Shown: positions 22,959-34,982 of the stretch, in pieces | Numbering within the stretch: position 1 is the first letter of the stretch | How the letters are laid out: each line of letters opens with the position of its first letter | Source: Paragordius varius | Lineage: Eukaryota > Animalia > Nematomorpha | DNA: 64,000 nt | Direction of reading: 5' to 3' | Assembly: GCA_964247055.1 (NCBI GenBank) | Contig: OZ176054.1 | Location: forward strand, 3,410,001-3,474,000 | Translations under genes and position numbers: made by a program | The notes under the pieces: model-generated | The model's input: only the letters and a program-made list of their open reading frames with translations | Database searches by the model: none | What the model was told of the DNA's origin: nothing

Positions 22959-25900
22959 TATATCACTTGATAAAATATTTTATCGGGTTATCAATTATTT
23001 TTGAAAAATAGGCGCAGTACTTTGTTAAAAAAATTGCAGGATTAAGATTTATGGTCGGTTTTTTAATTAAATATGCCCTATAATAAGATTTAAAAACAAA
23101 CTTTCACACAATGGCCAAATGGCTAAAATTAAACCCCAACAGGCAATATCTGGGTTTCTTTTTTTGAAACTAATTTAATCTGCCCAAAAAACTTCTTTTT
23201 GACTCACCATATATAAAAAACTCCGTTTTTTGGCATACAATCTATTAATTATTAACTATCCCTTAATAACTTTAAATAAATACTTATCAATCCTAATCAT
23301 TAGCAATCAATGGCTAAAAAATATACCATTTACAGTTCAAATTCACCCTTAAACAATTCAAATTCACCCTCGAACAATTCAAATACACCCTAAAAATAAA
23401 TTATGAAATTTCGGTCAAAATTTCTTTTTTTAAAAATATAAAAAAGTATAGGTAATATATATTTTAAAAATCACATAAATTATTTTAGGGTGAACTTGAA
23501 TTGTTCAAGGGTGAATTTGAATTGTTCAAGGGTGAATTTAAATTGTTTAAGGGTGAATTTGAACTGTAAATGGTATATAAATTTTTAACTTTGTACCCAC
23601 ACAACATTTTTTACGATTTTAAGGTTAATAAATAAATCTGTTATTACTACCTGAAGCTTTATCCTTTTCCACGCAATAACAATTATCATAGAATTCGGTA
23701 AAGGTACAAGCAATCTCATACAAATAATCACACAATGTATGGATGAGTAAAGTCTCAAAAATCTGAGCTAAGACTTCACCAATGCGACACAGGCATTTAA
23801 CCAATTTATATTCCTTTTCGTGGGCAAATGCAAAACCGTCAAAATTTGATGAGTTCTCTAATAATTTGGCAATATTTGGATCTTGAGTATTTATTTCAAA
23901 CGTATTAGCTAATAAATTATTTTCCATAGTATCAGTCGAATTTGGATAAAAAAACATTTTTTGATCTTTATTGTGTTGTCTTTTACAGTATTGTGACAGA
24001 ATATAGCGCAAAACATTACGATCGTACCCAGCTAAGCGTCCAATTGACCTTAAGTAACAACACGTTAATGAATAATTAAAAAATAGTTTTATGACTCGAA
24101 ATCCAAAAAATTTAGGCTAAGATCCAAAAATGATATATATAATATATAATTTATAAAATATAGTAGTAAATAATGGGTAAATTTTTTATAATCCAGTTTA
24201 TTATAAATAAACAATTTTTTCATAAAAGGTAAAATTTAGATTAATAAATGTCAAACAAAAACCTGATTCGAGTATAAGCGTACAAAAGGTATGCAGCCGT
24301 ATTCCCCTTATCATCCAACATTTTATCGAAAGAAAAAACGTAATCTTTCGTGCGATTGTTGGATAAATCGGCGTATTTTATACAACTTAAAGCTACCGTT
24401 TCTTTGGCACGATTAAATTCTTCTGGTGTCAGGACCTATATGAAATAAAAAAATTTATATTAAAATAATAATTTCGATTCTCGTAAAATTTATTAAATTA
24501 AACTATTAATTATATCTATTATTATTTTCTTTTGTTTCGGTTAATACATTGAAAAAGATACTCTCATGTTTCGAATATTTTGGATATAGTTTAATTTAAT
24601 AAATTTTATGAGAATTCAAATTATTATTTTAACATAAAATATTCATTCTCGTTGACAATATGAAATAAAAAAATTTATACTTAAAAAGTATATTTTAAAT
24701 AATAATAATCAAAATTTAAAAATTTTTTTATACGATAAAAAATAAAAATATTTTCTCCTTAATGAAAAAATTATATATATACTGTATCTCGGCCCTTTTC
24801 GCGTAATTTAGCCTCAGTTCTACGCATCCCCTCAGCAATGAGATCTTGTAATCTTATGGTGTCACCAGATCGTGTTTTAAACTTTTTCCTAGATATTGGT
24901 ATTTATAACACAGATGGTCATAAATCAAAAAATTCTAAATAATAATAATGGGAAATCAAGAGTAGCTTAATTACTTAAGTAGTTAATTATAAAAGGTTGA
25001 ATTGGAATGCAAATAGACATTTTTATTTTCAATTTTTCTTAAATTCGCTAATTCAAACATTTTAGTTAACATAAGTAGATGGTAAAATTTATTTCAATAT
25101 TATTATACTTACTGTTTGTTAAAAGCGAGTTATTTTATCAATTTAATTTTCAGGTTTAGAATAAATTATTTTTCTCAATAATTTCATTAATTTTAATTAA
25201 AGTTAGTTCTTCTTAAAAACGCAAAAAAACCTAAAAATTATAACAAAAAAAAACAATGTTTAGTAAATACTTACTTATCTTCGCCCAAAACTACGCCAAA
25301 AGCGGCATGTTCGAGTCTAATGTTAGGACCTCCCCAGCCCAGTTGTCTACATGCTTGAAATAATTGATTGAAATGCAATCCCTTTTTTCAGACAATAAAT
25401 AAATAAATTAGGTCATTAATTTAAATTTTCACAAATAACTTTAAATTAATAACTAACTGTATGTTTAAAATTTTCTAAAAAATCATATAACAAATAATAT
25501 ATTATTTCAATTATTTATCATTAATTATTTTAAAATGCAAAATATAAGGTAAAACAAAATCCTAAACTAAATTATAAATTTTAATAAATGAATTATCGTA
25601 AATTAAAAGAATACTTGACCAGAATCAACAACGTATATGAGTCTTTCGCCCTTTTCAACATTAATGCGGTGCCTACACAACAATAAAATTTTTGTAAATA
25701 TATCAAGATTAAATAAATATCCATATTAAAATATATTTAATAATTTATTTTTTATTCTTCAATATTTAAAGATAATTTTTTTAACGTTTGAATTTAATGT
25801 ATCTATCGATCATTCAAAGAACTTAAAAGTAGCAAATATTTTTTAAAAAATATTTAAACAGAATAAAGCTTGAAAAATAATTTGAATATTAAATGATATC

Positions 25901-28900
25901 TAAAAAAAAGACAAAACCTTATAGAAGCGATATCCGATGTATCATATGTAAATCCACCATCTGACTTTTGCATAATGAGTGGGACTTCATAACCCTCAAC
26001 AAACATAACTAATCTACCATCTTCATTGACTAGTCTACCTTTATATAAATATTTTGAGTTTAATTTAAATTATTTAAAATTTATTTTGAGTTGTTTAAAA
26101 ACGTGTTGTAAAACAAAATTAACAAAGTATAGTTCCGAAAAAAGAGTTAATGTACACCTACCTACAGTATGAGTAAAAATTCATTGGTAATTTTTTAATT
26201 GAATAATGTCAGAGGGCACATACAGAGCAAGGGCATTTAAGTTTTTTACTTTTTTTTCTGTTTTTCACCAATAATATTACTCTTGGCTGTGAATCAATAT
26301 TTTTATGTAAAAGTAGAAATAATCATCTATTAATACTAAAATTATATTTATAAAAAAATGTAAAAAAATTAGGCAAAAGACCCTGTTTTTGTAATTCTTG
26401 AATGACATCGACCATCATATCTTGATAGAAAGATTCACCTCGAGTCACCAAATCAACGTCCAACAAATCGTAAATGATTTGAAATTCTAAAATATAAAAA
26501 CTTGTAAAGAACTCAAAGCAAAAAAAATATTTTTTGATTAATTAATTGAACAATATTTTTTTGATGCTAGATTTATATATTTAACCGTGGTTTGCAAAAA
26601 AAATTATATTAAACGATTTTTATGGATAAGATAGTTGATTTATATAAATAATAATTTGTCCTTAAAAATATTAATTTATGTTTTGTTTCATCAGTTAAAA
26701 TTCCCTAAATTACTATTAATTTTGCTAAAAAATTCCAAAATTAAACCTTTGAAAGATTCCTGACATATAAGTTGCCAAGCTGCAATTATATTTGGGTCTT
26801 TACTCTGCAGTTTAACAACGTTTTCATAAGCACGTTTTTTAAACACAGGGTCTTCGTCAAATCTTACTTTGGATTCCTGTAAGAAAATGCAATGAATTTT
26901 ATTAGATGCAAACATTTTTTATATATGGGAAAAGAGATAATTAGGATTTTATCTCCAAACTAAAAATGGCAAAAAAAAATCATAGGGTAAATGATTAATT
27001 TGACTGATTACAATATCCAGTAATAATAATAATAATAATAACCAGTAAATCATATAAATTAAACATATAACAAATATAAACAAGGCATATTAACATATTA
27101 TTCATATCATTACACACAAATAGAAAAGTAATTAAATTAAACTCCAATTTCACAGTTTTTTCCACATTAAGTGTGTCTTACCTAATATGATGTTAATTTT
27201 TTAGGATTACAGTTAGTTATGATTGATTGCATTAATACATATCTGGTTAAAAGAGCATAAATAATTTACATTACACGATAAAACTTTTGCAAGTCACCAA
27301 TAGCTGCTGAGGCCGTAAGATAGTTTGGGAAAACATCTTGTAAATGTGCAATCAACATTCCAAACTGCGTTCCCCAATCCCCCACGTGATTTATTCGAAG
27401 GGTCGGATGACCCAAAAATTCAAACAGCCTGCAAATGGAATCGCCTATGATTGTGGATCTAAGCAAAGAAAATACTTCCCTGGATTATATACGTTAAATA
27501 AAAAGATAAATATTTTTTTTTTCGAAAAGACACAACCCTAGATATATCCCACATAAACTATTTGATATGATAAATAATAATAGAATGCATTAAAAATTAC
27601 ATCTATATCGCCTACGCAACCTAGAACAATAATTATATTTGAAAAATATGAATTTTAGAAAAATTATGTATGCCTGTAAGAGAAAAATATTTGTCTTTTC
27701 ATTTTTACGTTTTGTCCGTGTAATTCAAAATTTTTACTGTACATGGCAATTTTTCATTAATTATTGACAGATGCAAATACAGCAAAAAGAAATAATATTT
27801 ATTGGTTAAAATTTAATTTTTATCACTTTTTCTTATTATTAACCAATGCTTCAAATTCTATCTAGTAATGTATAGTTGGCCACACTGTATAATTACTGAT
27901 AAAATTATAAATCGCAAATAGTAAATAATTGAAACAAAATTGCTTGTCTTCGATTCCCAAATACAAGTCGCGTTTATTGACTAAGTTTTGATTTGTTTTT
28001 TTTTTCATAAATCCAAAAAATAATTTTTTAAAACTAATTAGTTTTATATTCAATTAATCAAAATTTTAATATATATATATATATCAGAACAAAATTAGTA
28101 TACTATTAGTATAAACGTTCAAGAGATTGTAAGGATTAGTTATAATTGTAAAGTAAACGCAACTTAAATAATTTTTTTTATCCCAAAACTAATACTTTTT
28201 AATCGAAGAAAAATTGAACAGATTAGTGCATATAAGCGATATTTTGAAAAAAAACCCATAATGATACAACAAATTTTACCTTACCTAAGGTGACCAACAT
28301 GCATTTCCTTGGCTATGTTTGGGGACGAAAGATCCACAATAACTTTGTATTTATAGCTGCCTGTATTGATTGGATTGACATGACCATGCAGAATAAATTG
28401 TGTTATAATTTGCGTTACAAGCGAACGCGACAAACTAATGTTTATAAAACCGGGTTTTGTCACCACCACCGGTTCGGCAATGATTGAATCAAACATCTTA
28501 CGAACGCCATTTTGATCAGCTGTTTTAAGGGTCTTGGGGTCTGATACGGCGGATCCAAAAGATAAATCAATTTGTGAAACGATGCATTTTGCAATACTTT
28601 CGGGACTATTCAACTTATTAATGTGGTCATTACCAGTATTGTTGAATGATGATGATGAATATTCTTTTATTTTCTGGATGATTTATAGTATAAAAATATA
28701 ATTTATTCTGCAAAATTGTACGTAATGTTTTAAACATATCTTTTGTAATTCATTTTTAAATTCATAAAAAATGGAACAATATATGATAGATTAAAAATAA
28801 CATATTTTACTCTCAAAAATAATATGGTTATAAATACCTTTTAATAAATAAATTAATTTTTAGGGAGTACTGTTAATCAATTTGCAAACAATGAAATATT

Positions 28901-29475
28901 TGAAAATCCTAAATTATACAAAACAGAGAATTAAAATTGATGTAAACTTCGAAAAATATAGTCAGGTTTTACAATTAAAATGAATATACATAAAATATCA
29001 TATTAAACTTACTTTAAAAAGGGTCATGGCCGCATTGCACTGATAATCGCTAAATGACGCCTGTTGAGCTCCACAAGCTTGAATATTTGCTGTCGTTGTT
29101 ATATCATATGGCAAAAAAGGGAATGCATCCTGAATAAGCTTCACAAATATTTCATCCAAAATAAATTTTATATTTGGCGTGTATTTGGTGGATAGCTGGT
29201 TAGAATCATCTAATGTCTACACAATATTAATTATAATTAAACTTTAGATAATTGATTCAATTGATATTTTAACTTAATAACAGACGCTTTTATATTTGAA
29301 AATTCTTCGGTTGCTTTTAACTGATTGGAAACATTTTCATCCAAACTTTTTAAGACTTGTATTTCTTTGGTGAATGAAATTAATTGTTTTTCCTACACAA
29401 TTTAAATATAAAAGATACAGCTTCATCGCACAACTTAGAATAACTTTCAATCGTGTTTAATCTTGAAGATTGCAT
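22482..29475 (-). CDS. RARS1: Cytoplasmic arginyl-tRNA synthetase, about 763 aa, 14 exons
   Basis: Exons 29475-29419, 29392-29243, 29216-29013, 28673-28285, 27458-27275, 26876-26747, 26486-26382, 26038-25918, 25672-25615, 25381-25275, 24888-24783, 24435-24263, 24048-23651 and 22591-22482 all join in phase. Motifs [32 protein letters not shown] (HIGH), [62 protein letters not shown] and [10 protein letters not shown]; metazoan N-terminal leucine-zipper extension. Confidence 0.96.
23324..23575. mobile_element. TA-targeting MITE with long TIRs built of 21-bp tandem repeats (in the last RARS intron)
   Basis: TA|TACCATTTACAGTTCAAATTCACCC ... GGGTGAATTTGAACTGTAAATGGTA|TA, with 3-4 copies of a TTGAACAATTCAAATTCACCC-type unit per arm. 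Confidence 0.85.
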
Positions 29476-30024
29476 GATTTAAAAGGTAGCCAATCCTAAA
29501 ATTGTGGTTAAAATATGTTATATTAAAAAACGCCTATTGTACATATTATTTAGGTTTCATTATGATTAAACTATTATAAAAAACAAAATATATAATCTAT
29601 AATTAAAGATCCAAAAGATATTTACTCTATTTCATCACTTTCTAGTCGTCGTGGATGGGTTATTTAGGAATATATCCCATTTTTATCCGTCGTTTGTAAA
29701 GTTCGGGTAGGAAATTTTGCATGTTTTTTGACTTAGATCAGAACAAGGACTGCCATCACGCTTCAGCCATCTATTTCAAACAAGATTGCTTTTTAGTGAG
29801 TTTCCAGATATATGATCAATCGTTAATAGGTTTCTTAATGATAGAGGTGATTTACAATGGTAAAATTATTGTAAATTTAATCATTACAAAGAAAAGAGTG
29901 TAGCAGACCCACGTCGCCACACTCCATTAAAAAGTCCCTTGCTTCCCTTTCATAGACCAGTTAATGATGTTCCAGTGATGGCCGCCTAGTTGCGTCTGGC
30001 GTCTTCCATGTTACATACAAAGTT

Positions 30025-30400
30025 ACTTTTTTAGGGGATAACGACAAATATTTGTATTGGCTTTAGTTTAAAGGTTATTATTTGTTTTCCATTTAAATGA
30101 TAATAACCAAAAAAGTTAGATATTTTTAGTTTAAACTAGATTCGTGCGGTAACACACAACTAGTGTATGTATACTTTGTCATCTATGATTTTATATTTAT
30201 TTTTGACTCTCTGACGCAAATATGGATAAGGTTTAAAATCAAATAAAAATTGGTATTTTAAAGTTTACGAATGGCTAAATGCGTTTTTAATTGCAAAATA
30301 TTACTCATCGTTTTGAGAAGTGTCTTGTTAAAATCCGGAACAAATATTGAATTTTATTAATAAAATTTTACTATATTTATTGTAACTTACTTTTATAAAA
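30025..30400 (-). repeat. About 380-bp segment, second copy of 17320-17700
   Basis: Reverse complement of the serpin upstream region; lies about 550 bp upstream of the RARS ATG. Confidence 0.85.
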
Positions 30401-31756
30401 TAATGCGGGGATGAAAAATTACTACATGTCTTAGGATTTGGAAAATCCCAACCTCACCGTATAGTGCTGTTTATGATGCCGTTATTTAACAATGTTATTA
30501 AATTACAGCGCTCTCTAGCACATTAACTTTATATCCATTTTGCCGCCAATTATTCATTATAAATAGCTAATAAACTTTTAAACAAAATATTTAACAAAAT
30601 ATTAAATTCGTTCGTTTAACATTTTATTGTTTCCCTTTTTTATTTTAGTTTAACTTTTAGGGAAGTTTTATATCCCAGTGCTCATTTTTATAAATAAACC
30701 ACTTTTTTGAAAGTATTTTAGATATAAATTAATTATCCAACATGGTTCTCATTTATATAATTTAATTTTTTACAGTTTTTTGACTTCTACATCTAAAAAG
30801 GGATCACCAAAAGACGATTTAAACCAGCTGTAAATTAAAATATATTATGTTTTTGCTTGAAAAATGTAGCCTGAACGTTTTAGAAAGTTAATGAATTCCG
30901 TTTTCTAACCATAATATACATATATTTGTATGTTGCATTAGCCATTTAAAAAAAATATACCAAAGGGCGGCAAAAAAAGTTAATAAGAAAATTTCCATAA
31001 AAGTGTATAATGCGCTTAAATGGCTAAAGAGAGCATTATTGTTGAATACGGCTAATTCCTTATTACACATTACGATATTCAAATTTTAAATGGCTCTGGG
31101 GTATAAAACTATCCCCATAAGTGAAAGGAGTGTTAAAAATGAGCTTATTTTCTAATAACGATAACAACTGTTTGATTCACATTTTCACAAACTATTGAAT
31201 TTTAAATGGTAAAATGCAATATGAATATAAGTTATTAAATAATAATGTAGGCTTTAAGCATATTTTTATACGCTTTTTAATCTTTAGACATATAAAAACC
31301 GAAATCATATTAAACAAGAGTTTTTAGTCTCAACACACTTTGCTGCATTGTAATCTCGAGTCAATATAAACATATCTGTTGAGACAAACAGCTGGAAATC
31401 AATAATTATTAAATTTATGCTGGCGAAAAATGAAAATAAACGCATTTTAAAATAAAATAATTTTTTTAACCCCAAATGTATTTAAATTTAATTTTTTAGC
31501 GATTTAACAAATAAACGAAGAGCGGCTAAATGCGGATATTTTTACAATTAAATTATATGAAAATATTTTGTATGTTGTATTTAAAAAGCCATAGAATGCA
31601 AATAAATTTGGCTCAATATACCATGTCGATTCACCTTAAACACTAAAAATTAACCTATCATTTCTATATATAATTGAACATTACAGTTTTACTTTTGAAT
31701 TTAATAAGATTTAAACTTGCTCTTAAAAGTTTCGAAATCCTTTTAAAGTAAAATAC

Positions 31757-32642
31757 CATGGCTTGGAACCAGTTCAAAAAAAGTGGAACCAGAACCGGGT
31801 CGGCCTGAACAAGTGGAACCAGAACCATGTTGGCTACCTAAAAATTTAGCGGTTCCGGAACCGGTTCTTTACATTTAGAACCGGTTCCATTTTCGGTTCC
31901 TGACTTTTGATTAAATGATTTACAAAATTATTATTATAGTAATACAACCAAAATATTAACAATTATCAATAATTTATAAATTGCCAAATGTATATGAAAG
32001 AATTATAGTGTAGTATAATAAATGAGAATATAATACGAAAATGTATAAGTACAGGTATAAAATGAGAGTAAATTAAGTATGGCATCTAAAATTATTTAAG
32101 CGATTCGCTGGCCAAACTGCTTCTCAAGACTTCAAATAGAAAATTAAGAGTGAAAAAACCCTTTCAACGGAGACCTATATATACGAACATATGTATATTA
32201 TAAATAAACTCGACTTATGACTATTAGTTTTTTTAGAACGGAATTCCCCAAAATTTAGAAAGTATCGCTAATATAATATTAGGTGCTTAGTTTTAGGTTT
32301 AAAGTTTGAAGTATGTAATATGTAGTGGTACAATCAAATTTAAATAATAAAGTAAATTTTTATAATAAAAATCATATGGGAACCAGAAATTAAGGGGGTT
32401 GAACCGGAATCGGATTGGTTCCTGAACGGTTGGAACCGGAACCGGGTTAGTTCCTAAAAATTTATGGATAGAACGGAGGTGGTTCCTAAAGTTTTGGAAT
32501 CGGTACCGGGGTGGTTCCCGGAGAAGTGTAACCGGAACCGCGTTGGTTCCATCCCAATGAAACCGGTTCTTGTTATAATCCCAGGAACCGAATTCCGGTT
32601 CCATGCGGTTCCGGTTCCATGCGGTTCCGGTTCCAAGCCCTG
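31757..32642. mobile_element. hAT-type MITE (886 bp) with GGAACC-rich subterminal repeats
   Basis: TIRs CATGGCTTGGAACC / GGTTCCAAGCCCTG; perfect 8-bp TSD TAAAATAC at 31749-31756 and 32643-32650; many GGAACC/GGTTCC units in both arms. Confidence 0.9.
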
Positions 32643-32753
32643 TAAAATACCCTTTTAAGCAATCTCATTATTTTATTATTAATTCTTTCGATATCTTCTT
32701 TTATATTTGATTAATCTAGTGTTTGGATTTATTAGAAAATATCATTGTTAAAC

Positions 32754-34982
32754 CAGTGGCGGAACTATAAATTGTGGGCCCCCCGCAACATTTAAATACT
32801 GCCCCCCCTTCCCTCCAAAAAAATCGTTTGCAGTTATTTTTCACCTGGCGCATCACTTAGATTCGTAAAGAATATTATGTTTAAAAATGATAATATTTAC
32901 ATGACTTGGCATCCTGAGTCAAAAAGTTTCGAGTTCCTGGTATTTTTATATATGATGGTTAGTACCCACCTACCCACCCTAACCACCGCCAATTCCTTAA
33001 TCTTAACGTTAATTTTTAAAGTTTAAAATGATTAATAACTTATTAAGAGCATCTATTAATCAGAAAATCCTGTTTTAAAATTTCATATTTTCGATTTTGC
33101 GTGAGAAAATTTTCTAATTATATCTTTTTTATCCATTTGTTCCGCCATCTCCGCTTCAATTGCTAGTAATGATATATTGCTCGTTTTTTTCAGCCATCGT
33201 GCATCTAATATAATTTTTAATTATTTTAAATTTGAGAGTGAACGTTCCGCTGTAGCAACCGTAACTGGTAAAGTCAAAAAAAATAATAATGCTGTTATTC
33301 ATCACAACTGGCTGAAACTGTTGGGTAATTAATAATTAATAGCTCTGCAATCTGGCATTGTTAATTTGTACAATCTCATCCTTATGCGATAAACCATGGC
33401 GTGCTCTCACTATTATGGGCATAATTATAAACCTATTTCACTATGAAGACTTAATTCCCAATGCATGAATGGACAGCTTGTTTGTGAAGCTTTCTCTATT
33501 TCGCTCGCCTGCATGCTCACATATTCGTTTTTCTTATAAACACATTGCCAACATATGCGCAGAATACGGGCCTACCTAGGAATAGCAGCGGGCAAACTTC
33601 CTAAATATAAACTAATTTCTAAAAGTTATATTTTCGGAATTCGCATAAATAAAAATTTGACAGCTGTTTTGTCAGAATAATAAAGTATTTTTTATGATGA
33701 TATGGCTTTTTGAAATTATAATAACAGAGCTTCGAACCGGTGCCAAAAAAATGGAACTAAATACGGGCTCTAATTTAAATATGGAACAGAGATCGGTTCC
33801 TGAAACAGGAATCAGGTTCCGGTTCAAAGGCCTGATAAATATGCATAAATGTAATTAAATGATGAATGTGCGGACCACTAAATTTTTAAATTTTAAGAAT
33901 GGCCCGCTGAAAAAAGTCGACCCCTGTTTTAGTGTGTGGTGAAAGTTTATTGAAAACTTAATGTTTTAGAACTAAAAATAAAATTGAAAATGTCATGCAT
34001 CAAAGGCTAAAATCATTAGAAAAATAATGCACATTAATGTGTACCAGCTAAGAAATGTTGACCAATTCACTTTACAGTAAATTGAAATAACAATCATTCT
34101 GTAAAATTTAATGAATTCATTCACGATGTATGCATTAATAAACATTTTTTACAAAATTATTGTTATTTCTCATACTTTGCTGTAATATAAATTGGCCAAC
34201 AATAATTTGGCCTGCATTAAATTGAATATTCGATAATCAAGATAAATAAATTGAGATTACTTGTTAGAGAATATTGTTATGATATATGTTTTTCTTTTTT
34301 CTTTCCTTTTTTTGTTCATATTAAAACTGCCAGAAATTAATAAAGGAACAAATAATATCATGGCTAAAATTTGATGGATAGTGAAAAAAAATTTCCTTTA
34401 ACTCAATAATAATAAATTTACATGGACCCATTTGCTCATATAAAATATGTAAATTGTCTCTTCACTACATTAAAAAAATATATTTTACGCTATATGAATA
34501 TATTATTGCAAACAGATTTTATTTGTAATTATTTTAATTTAACAGAGGGGAAAAAATTACATTTGTGAATTCTCATAAAACTATAATACTATAGTAAAAT
34601 AATTTAGGACTTGAAAATTTATAAGCTTTACTTAATTTTTGGTGTCAACTATCTATACTTATTTTTACTGAAGAGAATTTAAAGGTGTATATTAATTATC
34701 AACTTATAATAAAACCGCTTATTGAGACAATGAAAAAATGCATTTTTTCGCTTTTTTTCCTTTCATTCAATAATAATTCTCTTTATTCTTTGCCAGTCTA
34801 CTTCTATCAGGCAATCATTACTTATATATCTGTAAAAATAGGTAATAAATTTAGCCGACCCCCCCTCCACCCCGCAAAATTTAAAGGTGGCCCAAATTTA
34901 ATGTAAATAATAAAAAAGGGCCCCTGTTTTGCCTTGGGCCTCCCCACACTGCTCCCCCTAGCTCCCCGTAGTTTCGCCACTG
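32754..34982 (-). mobile_element. Degenerate hAT element with C-terminal dimerisation-domain remnant
   Basis: TIRs CAGTGGCGGAACTA / TAGTTTCGCCACTG (13/14 match). The - strand at about 33140-33300 translates LTLPVTVATAERSLSNLK, matching the hAT dimerisation motif LTLPVTxASAERSFSKLK. The candidate TSD is imperfect (TGTTAAAC / GTTTAAAC), so pairing of the two ends is less certain. Confidence 0.65.
33725..33834. mobile_element. Mini-MITE related to the 31757 element, nested in the hAT remnant
   Basis: CAGAGCTTCGAACCGG ... CCGGTTCAAAGGCCTG ends resemble CAGGGCTTGGAACCGG; no clean TSD. Confidence 0.45.

Noticed and set aside
30440-30449. Perfect kB-like site GGGATTTTCC on the - strand
   Set aside because: A single site is within chance expectation for this window, is not clustered, and is not near the NF-kB or serpin start.
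32299-32658. Three overlapping ORFs of 60-101 aa
   Set aside because: By-products of the GGAACC repeats inside a MITE with TIRs and TSD.
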